Assembly (NCBI RefSeq): GCF_009914755.1
Contig: NC_060926.1
Origin: the human T2T-CHM13v2.0 reference genome, Homo sapiens
Reading direction: 5' to 3' (one strand)
DNA length: 64,000 nucleotides
The notes under the pieces are model-generated. The model was given only the letters and a program-made list of their open reading frames with translations. It was not told where the DNA came from and searched no databases. The position numbers and the translations under genes are program-made. Shown one piece after another: positions 30,250-45,900 of the stretch. Positions within the stretch are counted from its first letter, which is position 1. The number at the start of each line of letters is the position of its first letter.

Positions 30250-33200
30250 TATTTATTCTCCCCAATTAATCTGTAGATTCAATGCAATCTTAACCAAAGT
30301 CCTGGCAGGTTTACTTTTTGGAAACTGACAACATGATTCTGAAATGTATATAAAAGGTAAAGGAACCAAGAATAGCCAGGGCAATTCTGAAGAACAATGA
30401 AGATGCAGGACTTACACTAAGAGACATCACAGCATATTATGAGGCTCTATTAATTAAGACAGTCTGGTTTTGGCCCAAGGAAAAGTAACCTGACCAATGG
30501 AACAGAAGGAAGAGTCCAAACACACACACACACCGACATACATATATTCACCTGATTTATGACAATACTGACAAAGGTAACTTACGACAAAGTGGTAAAA
30601 GGATAGTAATTTCAATGAATGGAGTAAGTTGCTTGAATATACATATTGGACAAATTATCTTGATCTTTACCTTCACTGTATGTCAATTCCAGAAGGATTG
30701 CAAATCTAAATGTTAAAGAAAAAATAATAAAGTTTTTAAAGGAAAAGAGAACATCTTCATGACTCTGGAGTAGGCAAAGACATAGAAAGTATTAACTATA
30801 AGAGAAAAAATTGGGATACACTAAAATTAAAATTGTTTCTTCAAAGAAAAACAACCAACATAAACTACTACGAACACCTCTATATACTCTATATACACAA
30901 AGTAGAAAGCCTAGAAGAGATGAATAAATTCCTGGACACATTCATCCTGCCAAGACTGAGCCAGGAAGATATTGATTCCATGAACAAACCAATAACAAAC
31001 TCTGAAATTGAATCAGTTGTAAATAGCATATCAATAACAACAACAATAAAGCCCAGGACCTGATGGATTCACAGCCAAATTCTACCAGATATACAAAGAA
31101 GAGCTGGTACAATTCCTATAGAAACTATTCCAAAAAATTGAGGAGGAGAGACTCCTCCCCAGCTCATTCTGTGAGGCCAGCATCATCTTGATACCAAAAC
31201 CTGGCACAGGCACATACACAGAAAAGGAAACTTTCAGGACAATATCCTTGGTGAACATTGATGCAAACATCCTCAACAAAATACTTGCAAACTGAATCCA
31301 GCAGTACTTCAAAAAGCGAATCTACCATGATAAAGTAGGCTTCATCCCTGGGATGTAAGGTTGGTTCAACACATGCAAATCAATAAATGTGATTCATCAC
31401 ATAAACAGAACTAAAAAGAAAAAACACATGATTATCTCAATAGACACAGAAAAGGGTTTTGATAAACTTCAACACCCCTTCATGTTAAAAACCTGCAATA
31501 AACTAGGTATTGAAGGAACATATCTCCAAATAATAAGAGCCATCTATGACAAACCCACAGCAACATTTTACTGAATGGGCAAAAGCTGGAAGCATTCTCA
31601 TTAAAAACCAGCACAAGACAAGGATGCCCTCTCTCACCGTTTCTATTCAACATAGTATTGGAAGTCCTAGCCAGAGCAATCAGACAAGGGAACAAAATAA
31701 ACGGCATCCAAATAGGAAAAGAGGAAGCCAAACTATCTGTTTGCAGATGATATGATTCTATATCTAGAAAACTCCATAGTCTCAGCCAAAATCTCCTTCA
31801 GCTGATAAACAACTTCAGCAAAGTTTCAGGATATAAAATCAATGTACAAAAATCACTAGCATTCTTATACACCAATAATAGCCAAATTGAGAGCCAAATC
31901 AGAAAGGCAGTCCCATTTACAACTGCCACAAAAAGAATTAAAATATCTAGGAATACCTTTAACCAGGGAGGTGGAGGATCTCTATGATGAGAATTATAAA
32001 ACACTGCTCAAAGAAATGAGAGAAGAAACAAATTAATGGAAAAACATCCCATGCTCATGGATAGGAAGAATCAGTATCATTCAAATGGCTATACTGCCCA
32101 AAGCAATTTACAGATTCAACGCTATTCCTATCAAACTACGAATGACATTCTTCAGAGAACTAGAAAACAATCTTTTAAAATTCATATGGAACCAAAAAAT
32201 AGCCCGAATGGCCAAGGCAATCTTAAGCAAAAAGAGCAAAGCTGGAAGCATCACATTACCCAACTTCAAATTATCCTACAGGACTACAGTAACCAAATAG
32301 CATAGGACTGGTACAAAAACAGGTGCTTTGACCAATGGACCAGAATATAGAGCCCAGAAATAAGGCTGTACACCTACAACCATCTGATCTTTGACAAAGC
32401 TGACAAAAACAAGCAATGGGGAGTAGAGTCCCTATTCGATAAATTGTGCTGCGATAACTTGCTAGCCATATGTAGAAGATTGAAGCTGGATCCCTTCCTT
32501 ATACCATCAACAAAAATCAACCCAAGATGGATTAAAGACTTAAATGTAAAAGCAAAGACTATAAAAACCCTGGAAGACAACCTAGGCAATACCATCCTGG
32601 ACATAGGAACTGGCAAAGATTTCATGACAATGACATCAAAAGCAATCACAACAAAAACAAAAATTGCCAAGTGGGATCTAATTAAACTGAAGAGCTTCTG
32701 CACAGCAAAAGAAACTATCAACAGAGTAAACAGACAACCTACAGTATGGGAGAAAATATCTGCAAACTATACATCTGACAAAGGTCTAGTATCTAGCATC
32801 TATAAGGAATTTAAACAAATTTACAAGAGAAAAACAACTCCATTAAAAGTGGGCAAAGGACATACCAGTCACTTCTCAAAAGAAGACATACATGCAGCCA
32901 AGAAGCATATGAAAAAAAGCTCAATGTGACTGGTCATTAGAGAAATGCCAATCAAAATGAGATACCATCTTACACCAGTCAGAATGGTAATTATTAAACA
33001 GTCACAAAATAACAGATGCTGATGAGGTTGCAGAAAAAAGGAACACTTATATATACTGTTGCTGGGAGGGTAAATTAGTTCAACCATTGTGGAACACAGC
33101 ATGGTGATTCCTCAAAGAGCTAAAAGCAGAACTACCATTTGACCCAGCAATCCCATTACTGGGTATATACCAAAAGGAATATAAATCATTCTGTCTTAAA

Positions 33201-34570
33201 GACAAATGCACATGAATATTCACTGCAACACTATTCACAATAGTAAAGACATGGAATTAACCTAAATGCCCATCAATGACAGATTGGATAAAGAAAACGT
33301 GGTAAATGTATGCCATGGAATATTATGCAGCTGTAAAAAAGAATGAGGTCATGTCTTTTGTGGGAACATGGATGGAGCTGGAGGCTATCATCCTTAGCAA
33401 AGTAATGCAAGAACAGAAAACGGAATACTGCATGTTCTCACTTATAAGTGAGATGATAAGAACTTGTGAACACAAACAAGGAAACAGCAGACACTCGGGT
33501 CTACTTTAGGGGGAAGAATGGGAAGAGGGAGAGCAGCAGAAAAGCTAACTATTAGGTACTGGGTTTAATACATGAGTGGTGAAATAATCTGTACAACAAA
33601 CCCTTGTTCATGTGTTTACCTATGTAACATACTTTCACATGTACCCTCGAACCCAAAATACAAACTAAAAAAAGAAAAAAAAACTGTTGCTTCATCTGAA
33701 TACACCATTCAGATATTTAAGAGACAACTCCCAGAGTGGAAAAAGATATTTGCAATACATATATACAACAAATTACTCTCATATGAAAACTTTAAATCAA
33801 CAAGCAGAAAACCCAACAGAAAAATGAACAAAAACTGTGAATTCAGAAAAGACATCCCAATGGCAAATAAGCATGTGAAAAGGCACTCCACCTCATTTGT
33901 CATCGGGGAAATGCAAATTAAAGCCACAATGTGATATGATTATCTTCACCAGAATGGTTAAAGTAAAAATGACAGAAAATATGTGTTTCATGAAGATGTG
34001 CAGCAACCAAAACTTGTATACGCCGGTGGAAGTATAAAGTGGTACAGCCATTTTGGAAATTGCCAATGTCTACTAAGCTAAGCATATGTATCCTCTAAGA
34101 CCCAGCAATTTTATTCTTAGGTATACTATATCCAACAGAAATATGTAGATATATTCACCAAATGGATACATATTCACTATAATGTTCATAGAAGCACTAC
34201 TCATAATAGTTCCAAACTCAAAAGTACCCAGACATAATATAATGTATTTACCCATTCACAGAATCTCAAGATAAATATTGAGCAAAATAAGCCAGTCCAG
34301 AAGTTTACAAATTATACAATTTCATCTATTTACATAAAGCATGAAAACATGTAAAACAAATCAATGCTCTTAGAAGTCAGGCTAGTCATTAGCTTCGAGG
34401 AGTGGAGGTTCAAAGGGAAGGTTAATGACTTGAAGTAAGCACAAAGCAGACTGATACATGTTCAAATTGAGGTATACTCAATTTGTAGAAATCCATTGAT
34501 CTATACATTTACAACAGGCATACATTTCTGGATATAAACTATACTTCAATAAAATTTTTAAAATCTATAT
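30250..34570 (+). mobile_element. Old L1M 3' region hosting a younger L1 insertion
   Basis: Degenerate ORF2 3' sequence at 30250-30843 resumes collinearly after 33694 (RQLPEWKKIFAIHI, KDIPMANKHVKR). Confidence 0.75.
30844..33679 (+). mobile_element. 5'-truncated L1PA15/16-like LINE-1
   Basis: ORF2 fragments ([41 protein letters not shown]), 3'UTR and poly-A; 15-bp TSD aaaattgtttcttca (30829-30843) / aaaactgttgcttca (33680-33694). Confidence 0.9.
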
Positions 34571-34583
34571 GCTCACAAAGAAA

Positions 34584-35507
34584 ACGTATTATTTAAGAAA
34601 TACATTTTGAAAGGCTATGGCTGCCATCAATAGTGAGTCCTCTGGTGAATCCAAAGAAAATAAATCTGGAAAGGATTTGCCATTTCGATGCCATTAAGAA
34701 CATTTGTGATTCATAAGAGGAGCTCAAAATATCAACATTCACAGGAATTTGGAAGAAGTTAATTCTAATCCTCATGGATAACTTTGAGGGGTTCAAGAAA
34801 CACTTAAGTGGAGGAAGTAACTGCAGGCGTGACGGAAATAGCAAGAGAAGTAGAATTAGAAGTGGAGGCTGAAAATGTGACTGAACTGCTACAATCTCAT
34901 AACAAAATTTTAATGAATGAGGAGTTGCTTCTTACGGATGAGCAAAGAAAGTGGTTTCTTGAGATGGAATCTTGGTAAAGATGCTGTGAACATCGCTGAA
35001 ATGACATTAAATAGTTTAGAATATTTCATAAATTTACCTGATAAAGCAGCAGCAGGTTTTGAGAAAATTGACTGCAATTTTGAAAGAAGTTCTAATGTGG
35101 ATAAATTGTTATCAAACAGCATTGCATGCTACAGAGAAATCTTTTGTGAAAGAAAGAGTACATCGATGTAGCAAATTTCATTGTTGTGGTTTAAGAAATT
35201 GCCACTGCCACCCCAACCTTCAGCAAGCACCACCCTGATCAGTCAGCAGCAGTCAACACTGAGGTAAAACCCTCCACCAGCAAAAACATTATGACTCACT
35301 GAAGGCTCAGATGATCATTAGCATTTTGTAGCAATATTTTTCAATTAAGGTATGTACATTTTTTAGATGTGATTAGATTATAGCATAAGCATAACTTTTA
35401 CATGTGCTGAGAAACCAATAAATCTGTGTGGCTTGCTTTATTAGGATAGTTGTTATTTATACTGTGGTGGTCTGGAATCCAACCCATGATATATCTGAGG
35501 TATTGCT
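34584..35507 (+). mobile_element. Tigger1 DNA transposon, 3' part
   Basis: Transposase C-terminal peptide [40 protein letters not shown]; terminus gtggtctggaatccaacccatgatatatctgaggtattgct. Confidence 0.9.
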
Positions 35508-36590
35508 ATATTTTTAGAGTATATTTGTCTAGTTTTATAAATGTAATTATATATTTACAAAAATCCGATTGCTCTGCATATGATTTTGTTTTCCACTTTT
35601 TCAATTATGAATATCTTTCCATGCATTAAATATTCATGTTCAACATCATAAGAACAACAAAATACAATATAGAGATAATTTAGCCAAACTGAGGTCTGAT
35701 TCCTGGGTTGTAGGGACCCTAGGAGGAAAGAACACGGGTAAGACTAGAGAATCTTAGGTAACCCCCCTAAGGCACTGGTAGCCACTTGTCCCAAATACCT
35801 TCAGATGTAAGAGGCTTAGGGACCACCTAAAACCACTTCATCTTCCCTGGAGCCTAAAGGCAGTGATATGACAGGTTTCTTTCTTTTTCTTTTTTTTTTT
35901 TCATTTTTGACTATTTAAAGATATTTAGAATATTTTTTGTTTTTGTATTTGTGCCTTCATGTATATCCATGATTATTCCCTTAGGATAAGTTTTTGGAAG
36001 TAGAATTCCTAGGTGTACTTTTAATATATATTGCCAATTTGATCTCTAGATTAGCTATACCAATTTACACTTCTATCAGCAGTGTATGAGAGTGTTTATT
36101 TCTTACTCTCACAATACTGAGAAAGCTGGTTAAAGAACTCAGTCAATCTGAAAAGCACAGCATATTTTCAAACGCACTTATTTGCAATAATTGAGTAGTT
36201 TTTCACACACGTATTAACCATGTATTATAGCTTTTATTTGTGAATTTCCTATTCATGACCTTTGTTTTTTTCCCCACTGGAACTTATATTTCATTATTAT
36301 GATGGATTTTTTTTGTATATTTAACACATAAACTCTGTCTCTCAAATATTTACAAACATTATCCCATTTATCTTTAATTTTGTTCGTAATGATTTTTGGA
36401 TCATTATGGATGTATTTAAGTTTTTATTTTTAATATATTCAAATCTACCCACCTTTTCATTTTTGACCTCTGCCTTCAGCTTAGAAAAATTGTTCCCTGC
36501 TCTATGTTATAAAAATTCTTAATATTTAAAAATAATTTTATATTTGTCATTATAGTTTTAAACATGGTACGTAGTAGAAAATATATAGAA

Positions 36591-36693
36591 GTATAGAAGC
36601 CTTAAAACCAATACAATATCTCTTAATATTGGTATAGAAGCCTTAAAACCAATACAATATCTCTTAATATTAAAACCAATACAATATCTCTTA
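36591..36693 (+). repeat. Local tandem duplication (41-bp period plus a partial third copy)
   Basis: gtatagaagccttaaaaccaatacaatatctcttaatatt twice, then aaaaccaatacaatatctctta. Confidence 0.95.
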
Positions 36694-39600
36694 TAAGGAC
36701 ATATGGCATCTTGGACTACTGTGTAAATGGCTGTGGCCACTATTGGGTATTTACATTGAAAGCCAATCGGGAAGGGGGAAGATAATAGAATGAAAGCTTC
36801 TTGTTAGACACTAGTAAAATATTTCTTCTTAAAGACTGTCCTCCTCTTCAACTCGTTGAAACGGTCTAGGCTGTATCTTGGAGACCATTCCAGTGTAATC
36901 TTATCAGAAGCAGAACAGGGCTGTCCAGTTTCCATTCTAGGGCTCTGACTCTAAAGGAGCTGAACACATGTTCAATCAGTAACATCTGTCCAGCTTTTCC
37001 AATATACTTCTCTCCTTACTTCACCTGCAAGCTGTGGACACTAGGGGTTTGCCTATTTCACTGCTCTGAAAGCTAAAAGATAAATTGTGAAACACAGCAA
37101 CTATCAGATAAAGGAATGGCTCTATAATTAATTCACTGAAACAAATTTTAGGTATCATTTACCACTTGTTCTTTTTAAAAGTCACAGAAGTTGTATTAAT
37201 TGTGTAGCAGATGCAAGGTTTTATCTGTAATCATTTAAACATAGAGAGAATATAAGCTTTCTGATAAGCTTCTTCAGGTCAAAAAGTGTAACTTATGACA
37301 CTAACGTGATTTTCATTCTTTTCCTCTGTTACAATATTTTAAAACTTGGTCTGGAAGAATTGAAAATACAATGTTGGATGTACACACATGCGTGCACACA
37401 CACACGCACACACACATAATTAGGTAACAGTTAATTTGGAAACATCAGTGAGTTTGAAGTCAGTACCTCCTGTGAGCAATATTTTCTGGTCCTTTGGCAG
37501 GTTCTTATCTTCCCCTTGCAGTTACCCTATTACAAGCTACTGCAACTAATAAGTAACAAAGATAGATTTAGACCAGAGACTTTGTTCTATTGGGTCAAAG
37601 CATGCAGCAAATGTAACATGCTCAAGAGTAACATGAGAAGAAAATAGCAATTCCTGAGGCTCCCTTGAGAGTTCAGAACACCAGGTCAAGACTAAAAGTG
37701 GGCAGCTTTGGTGGGTATGATATGGCTGTCAGGAAATGAACCTGCAAACTTTGCTGAAGAAATTATTCCCAAAAGTACTACAGTCAGAAGATGGCCCAAT
37801 TACTGAGAAGAAGGTCAGGTATATAAAAGACAATGATGAGAACAGGCCACAAAGACTCAATATCAGAGCAATTGAGATTGTCAGACATTTGATTCTAAGA
37901 ATCAAAATCCGAGACTGTTCAGAAGAGAACAGAAGAAAATGCCTTGTTGAACATCAGTGTTATGATGGTCCTGGGGCATGACCCACTCTCCAGGCTGCAA
38001 ACAAAAGAGGATGTTCCTGTGACCTGTTCATTTTGTCATCACCCCGCTGCAAGTTGGAGTTGATGTGAAATAGAGAAGGCTGCCCAGAAAGAGGATGTGT
38101 GGAACAAGAGCCTGATGAAAAGCTGATTTTGCTTGAACTTTTAATTTATTGTCACTCCTGCTACCTGTTCTTTCCATATTGATTTTCTTTTGAATAGTCT
38201 TTTGTCCTTTTATAATTGATCTTTTAAAAGTTTCCTTGTCAAATATCTCCACTGCCTCTAATGTTACATTTGATGACATTTAAAGTCTTCATGTTCTCAC
38301 TTTCCCCATAAAAGAAGTGGTCGACTTTGACTTAATTCTATTATAGAAAAAAAAACCCTGGAAAATAGTGAAAAACAAACTTACTTGTTGCCCCTAAGTG
38401 TAATTGTTAAATCTACTCTAAAAATGTTCATAAAGTACATTCCCCACTATTTTTAGATAGGTTCTTAAATCAAAGTTAAGAAGTTGTTAAAATCACTGTG
38501 ACTTACACATAGAAAAAACTTTGAGAAAGAACAGCATGCATAGAATTTGTTCAGCCACTGAAACAAATCTTAATATCCTCGGGTGACTATATCAGACTGT
38601 AGACCAATTTCATGATTTTCAAATATATAAATGGGTACAAGGTATTTTCAATATATAGGCAGCTGGCAGTCAACCATCCAATCACCTAGGGACTATAGAG
38701 AAGATGACAGGCAAGAATAAACTGGACTGAATTTGTTGTTTTGAATTCTTGGGATACCATGTTCATATCAACAAGCAAAATTTAAATGGTATTATACAAC
38801 CAAGAAAAATTGAGAGGACTGTAAACCATTTTGAAATGAAGCATCCAAATGCCTGCCTGGTGAAAGCACATTGAAGCATCTGTCAAACTTCTTTCCTCTC
38901 TCCTCTCACCTCAATGACGCAGATGAGGAGCATAAAACATACTAAAATACTAAACTATTTGTAGCATGTTGGGATAATTTTAAAAGGACTCGTGCCAAAC
39001 ATAAGAGAAGTTTGCCTATTTGGGGATGGGAGGGAGGAAATGGAAATATAAGGAAATAAATATAAGAAAAGAGCCTCTCATGAACCAGTAATGAGTATTA
39101 ACATGTTATGATTTGAGGAGCATAATTAACTCAGTTCTCTACATCTGAGGTTAGAAAAAAGAAAAAAAGATCAGAAACAACTTTTCCTTTGAAATCATTC
39201 CTTGATGATGAATATTGTAGTATTATGTTCCATGACAACTGGCCCATGTAAGATTCTTGATTAGCTCTAAGTAGGGCATTAAGTAGCTTAGTCTGGTTAT
39301 AAGCAGAACAAGTGAGAAAACTCCCTGAGGTGTTGCTAACTATGGATCTCAGTTCCTTCCATTCTTACACTAATGAAACAAAATTGAAAAGAGGAAATAT
39401 TTGCTTTGGAAGATTTCTCCTCTTTTGCCTTTTCATATATTTATTTCCTAATGCTCTTATGCTTCACCCTGCACTACCACTCAAGCTCACCCCTGAATTA
39501 ATTCACATTGTTGTTATTGACTGACAGTGACATATTTGTCAGAAAGAAATGACTCTCCAGTGCAGCTGTGTTTAATGCAAGTACACATCAGAAACACCCA

Positions 39601-40737
39601 GTAAGCTTTTACCCAAATCCATATGCCCAGGCCTGTAGTGTCTGATTCAGTAAATTTGGCATTTGTGTAACTGATGGAATGGGGCAGAAAGAAATAAAAG
39701 TACTTCTTGAAATGCTAAGAAACTTGTGTGTTCAGATGGTTCTGAGTAGTTATCCAATAGTGTCTCTCCACTTCCCAGTCCCACTATATCAGATGTAAAG
39801 ACTTCTAAGCCATTCTCCTACTAGGAACAGGAGAACAGTACTACTCCCTATTGTACCACTCACCTGTTCCACCACCTAACAAATACTCTCATGGTCATGT
39901 GGAAAAAAGTGACAGCTCTGTCAGTCACTTGATAGTAATCTTGAGAAACCAGGCATCTGTCTGGGCATCAAATTCCTCCTCTGTAAAAGGAGGAGAATGA
40001 ACCAGATGACCTCTAAAATTCCTCCCTGTTCTAAAATTCCAAAGGTTTACACAGCTTTGTTTGTTATTTGCTTTTCTTAGAGGGGAAAATTATAATGTCC
40101 CCCTATTTATGCTGTAATTTATCAGCTGCATTTTATTGCCTTGGGAAAATGATTTGCTCTGATCCTTCTGATCTATAGCTCATCCTTCACGGGGAACCCA
40201 ACAAGTGCTCCTGTCAGTTCTGGGTTTGCATAGAGATTATTCCTTCTCATCTCACTTGGTGATTGAGTGGGAGGCAGCAGGCAATATTTCAAAATGCAAA
40301 CTGACATTTAATTATACAAAAATCTCCTTCCGTGATCACTTCTCTTGCCAGGATGATTCCGATCTACATGAACATTTTTCCTTTTTTGTTGACTCCTGGT
40401 TTTCCAGTTTTCATTGCAAATAATCGGAAATGAGCCCCAAACAAATAAACAGTAGCAAGCCCTTAGATTTATAGTCTTGCTACTTCTCTACCTAATACAG
40501 TCTTTTAGTGACACTGTCATTTGCAAAATCATGTAACTTTTGAAGACTTATCTGAAACCCTGAGAGCTATACTGACATCCTCAAAATGTGGATATTTTCC
40601 AATATTTGTATCAAAAGTAGAATATTTGTACAAATGTCACTTAAAAGTGTAAGTGGAGATTCTCCAAGAAAGTGCATGAAAATGAACCATTCTGTTTTAG
40701 CTAATTAAATATGAAATGATTCAGCATGAAGATAAAC

Positions 40738-41371
<634 letters not shown>

Positions 41372-41519
41372 GGATAACTCTATGTTCTGTTATAAGCCAA
41401 GATAAACATTACTGCTTCTTATTCTTAATAAAGAGGGACCCCCACAACTCTAATTATTTTTATTATAGTTACCATTTGTGTGTGCCTTTTCTGAGTGATT
41501 GATACCACTTTAATAATAA

Positions 41520-41910
<391 letters not shown>

Positions 41911-42569
41911 TGAAACGTGAAAATAACTTGACAAAAAACCTAATGCAGTTAGTACCTTAAAATTCTTATGCTTCCTGTACATTTTCTTGTTAACTGAGGT
42001 AAAGAGAAAAAGAAGGGAAGGGAAGGGAAAGGGAAAGGGAAAGGGAAGAACATGAGTACATATCCTGGAGATTTTTGAGCTCTGTTTGCATAAGGCTGAA
42101 CTGGTAAATTTGCTTAAAATATAGATACCTGCAGTTTTAAATTAAACAGGCTGAGGGTATCACCCAGTGTCTTCATTTTAAGTGGTTCTGATCCAAGTGT
42201 TCTAGGGACCATACATTGAGAAACTTTGAGGAAAAGCATCCATTCTGGCAGAAACTGTGCTATTATCTGGAACACATTTTGTCATAATCCCCCTTCATAG
42301 CCTTAAAAGTAAGAATTAATGGCCCCTTTTCTTTACATATGAGGAGAAAAATTCCAAGACAATAAGGAAATTGCAAATTCACATGTTGAATGATTGGAAA
42401 AATCAGACATGAACCCAGATCTGTCTAACTCCAAATCTCAGGCTCTTTCCACTGTACTCTGAAACTTGCAAGAGAAAAGAAATGGATGCATTTGTTCAGT
42501 GAGCACTACCACTCAGCAAGGTCACAAGACTGTCTGAAGGAATCCAGCTGTGGCTAAAATGTTAGTGGG

Positions 42570-42930
42570 TGATAAGGTTAGGCTTTTGTCCCTGCCCAAA
42601 TCTACTGAATTGTAATCCCCAGGTGGTGAAGGAGAGACCTGGTGGGAGGTGATTGGATCATGGGGATAGTTTCTGCCATGCTGTTCTCCTGATAGTGACT
42701 TCTCATGAGGTCTGATGGTTTTATAAGAGGCTCTTCCCCTTTTACTTCCCACACACATGCTCTCTTGCCCGCCATCATGTAAGACGTGCCTGCTTTCACT
42801 TCCATCATGATTGTAAGTTTCCTGAGGCCTCCTCAGCCATGCGGAACTGTGAGTCAATTAAACCTCTTTTCTTTATAAATTGCCCAGTCTCAGGTAGTTC
42901 TTTATAGTGGTGTGACAGTGGACTAATACA
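42570..42930 (+). mobile_element. MSTA/THE1-type MaLR solo LTR
   Basis: tgataaggttaggcttttgtcc ... gactaataca; attaaa polyA-signal region; TSD gtggg/gttgg. Confidence 0.88.
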
Positions 42931-45900
42931 GTTGGCAACAGCTGCCATGGCAGGTGGCTGGGGGCAGATGTGAGTCAGTGGTGCATACAGGTAAAAAGAA
43001 AAGATAACAGAAATACTGGAGTTGGCAGGGAGGAGAGGAGGCAGAACAATTCAGGAGGTAGGAAGAAAGTAATGCTTTGCACATGCAATGGCTTTACTTT
43101 ACAGTTTAAAACTCAAAATGAGATATGCAACCATTATGTCAATGTTAGCTATTATATGAACAAATGACATATTTATAGTTTTGGCAATAATTTAGTTTGG
43201 AGAGGAAAGAACAACATTTTGGAGTGAGACTGTTTTCTAGTTTAAACCTACATCTCTGGATTTGTATCCATTATGCCTTTCTGTGTTGCCTCCAATGACT
43301 GCCTTCTATATTTGATCCTTAACTCAAGCTGTTCTTATGAGGCCAGTCTTCTGTTTTTACAATCTTAAACCAGAATCTATAGAAATCCATCTCCCTCTGG
43401 GAAATCACTCTGGTTAACTCAACATCAGCTTCTACTTGACACCTTACCATTATGCCCACCCAACCTCCACAGGTATTTATAAATTTATGATAGATAATAT
43501 TTATTATTTATGCACCCATACCTGTGTTGTTTAGTCTAGTAGAGTGTATATATTGTAGCTAAATTTGTAAACAGATTATCAGTTTCTGGAGGTGTCAGAA
43601 TATTCTAAAACTTAATGATAGAAATTCTATAACCTAATAAAATGCTATTTACCATGGAAAGGTTCAATGAGCATTTATTACTAAAATAATAATAAAACAG
43701 CCACAATTTTGTAGGTCAGTAACTCTAAAATTCTCTCGTCATGTAAGTGACGTTTTCTTCCCCCAAAGGACACATTTATTGCCTCCTAATATTAATAACT
43801 GTTTGATTCTTACGATTTCTCTAGATTTGATTTGGCGTAGAGATAGGAAAGAGAAACATAAGATACGGTCTTGAGAAACTTAAAGTCTTACTGGGGAAAT
43901 AAGAACCAACATCCACTTGTCCATAACTTTAGGCCTAGTTACCTTGAATCTGCAATCATAATAGAGGAAAGAGGGATCAATGTGACTTCAGGAGTCATCT
44001 CGGATGAGATGGGGACACCGCTGAGCAGGATCTGATTAGGTATTAAAGAGAAGAAACTGGTCCTTAAACACAGAGAGAGGTTATGGGTGGAGATACATCT
44101 GGGGGTATCATCAGTGTAAAGATAGGATCTGAAGCCATGAGAATGTGTAATGGGAAGAGTATGTGAGGAGGAGAATTTTTAAAAAATGAATGACAAAATA
44201 AGGAATAGCAGAGAACAGTAATATGTCTTGCATTAAAGGATTCTGGCTAAGAAAGGAAGAGGCCAGTGGAAGCAAGTGAAAAATGTTTTCTAGAGAGAAA
44301 AAATTTGAGTGACTTTGAAGATATAATACAAAGAGCCTGAAATCAAGGAAGCTAAAAAAGAAAAGAGGGGTAACTAGGGTAGAAAGTTCTCAGAAGAAGG
44401 AGGTGCCGAAGGGATGTCAAATATAGTAGGTAAGAAAGCTTTAGAGGGAAGAAAAAACTTTCAGGGGAAAAAAAAGCAGAAAAATATAGACGCAGGGAAC
44501 TGTTGGGAAAAGTTAGAGTTATAGAAAGGAACTAACCCTAGAAGGTTTCTACGATTTTCATTTTATGGGGGTGAGATCATCCCTTGAAGGCAAAAAGAGA
44601 GTAGAGGTAGATGAGAATACCCTGTTTAACTGTGGTGGGGAGTTTTGTATGTTGTCAGTGCTATCTGCAACATCTATGGGTGCACTGTGGTGTGTGCATT
44701 ATAAATCATTTTTATATAATGAGATTATAAATTTGATACAAAGAGACAGCCATAGCTTCTCCCTCATAAATTATAAATAATGTAAAGTCTAGATATATCT
44801 AAAGATCTAGAAAGAAATCTCAGTTTTCATTCTCTTACATTTTTTTTCTATGTGAACCAACACTTAAGAATTTATTTTCGCTAATTTCAGTTGTTATTAC
44901 AGTGTTTTGAAATAAGGAATGGTCTCAGTGACTTGAGTTGGCTGACTTTAATAAGACACAAATTTTACAATAATTAATATCAGAAAGCTGACATTAAATT
45001 CCTGTTAGAAGTAATCATATTTTAAATTATGAAGCAATCCCCAGTTTAATTGAATCTCTTTTTGAACGTCCATATATCTTGAAGCCATTCAGCACCTACA
45101 CACAGTGAGAAGTATCTCCAGTCATAAAGGTAATTTTTCCATTTAAACCAAAAAAATAGACTACTATAGACTATGCCAATTTATTTCCCTCTTTTTTCCA
45201 TGAAACAGAAACTATGGAGGGTTTAACTTGACTATGCTTGCTTGGGGTATAGAAAAATCCACCCACAAAAAAAGGTGGGGAAACAACTTATTTTAAGATT
45301 GAAGAGCATGTACTCTTATACCAATCTTGAGGAAATTTATAGCAAGCAGCAGCAACTTTACAAGAGAGGATCACTTTGCAGAAGATTTTACTAACTTGAG
45401 GTTTTTAATTTACTCACCTGGGGATGACTTATGCAAAATGTTCTGACAGTCCACAGATAACTTGAATTTTCGCCTTTTAAAAGATGTTATAAGCTCCCCT
45501 AGATCCAAGATGAGGGAGCTATCCCCCTGGGGCAACATCAGTTTTACCTAAGGGCTGTTTTCATTTCTTAGTACTGAAATTGCTGTTTCTTACTAGATTC
45601 CCCCACTCCTGTGTGCACATGCATGATAAGGAGAATGTCTCACATTAGGATGCACCATCCTAGCACTGCCTAAAGACAGCAGTCCATTTGAATACACTAT
45701 ACTAAGGAAAACCACTTTGGAACAATTGATCAAGAAAAATGTGAAAACTAAAATTGTGCTTTCTTTTCCCCCCATCTTGTGGGGAAGGGAAACAGCTCGC
45801 CTCATTAAGGATTCAGAGAGTGGCTAGTACTGCCTTGCAGCAGGCTGACTAGTTTTGGAGTCTCTTATTTAGCCGAAATGCAAATTATAATCTCTCCAAA

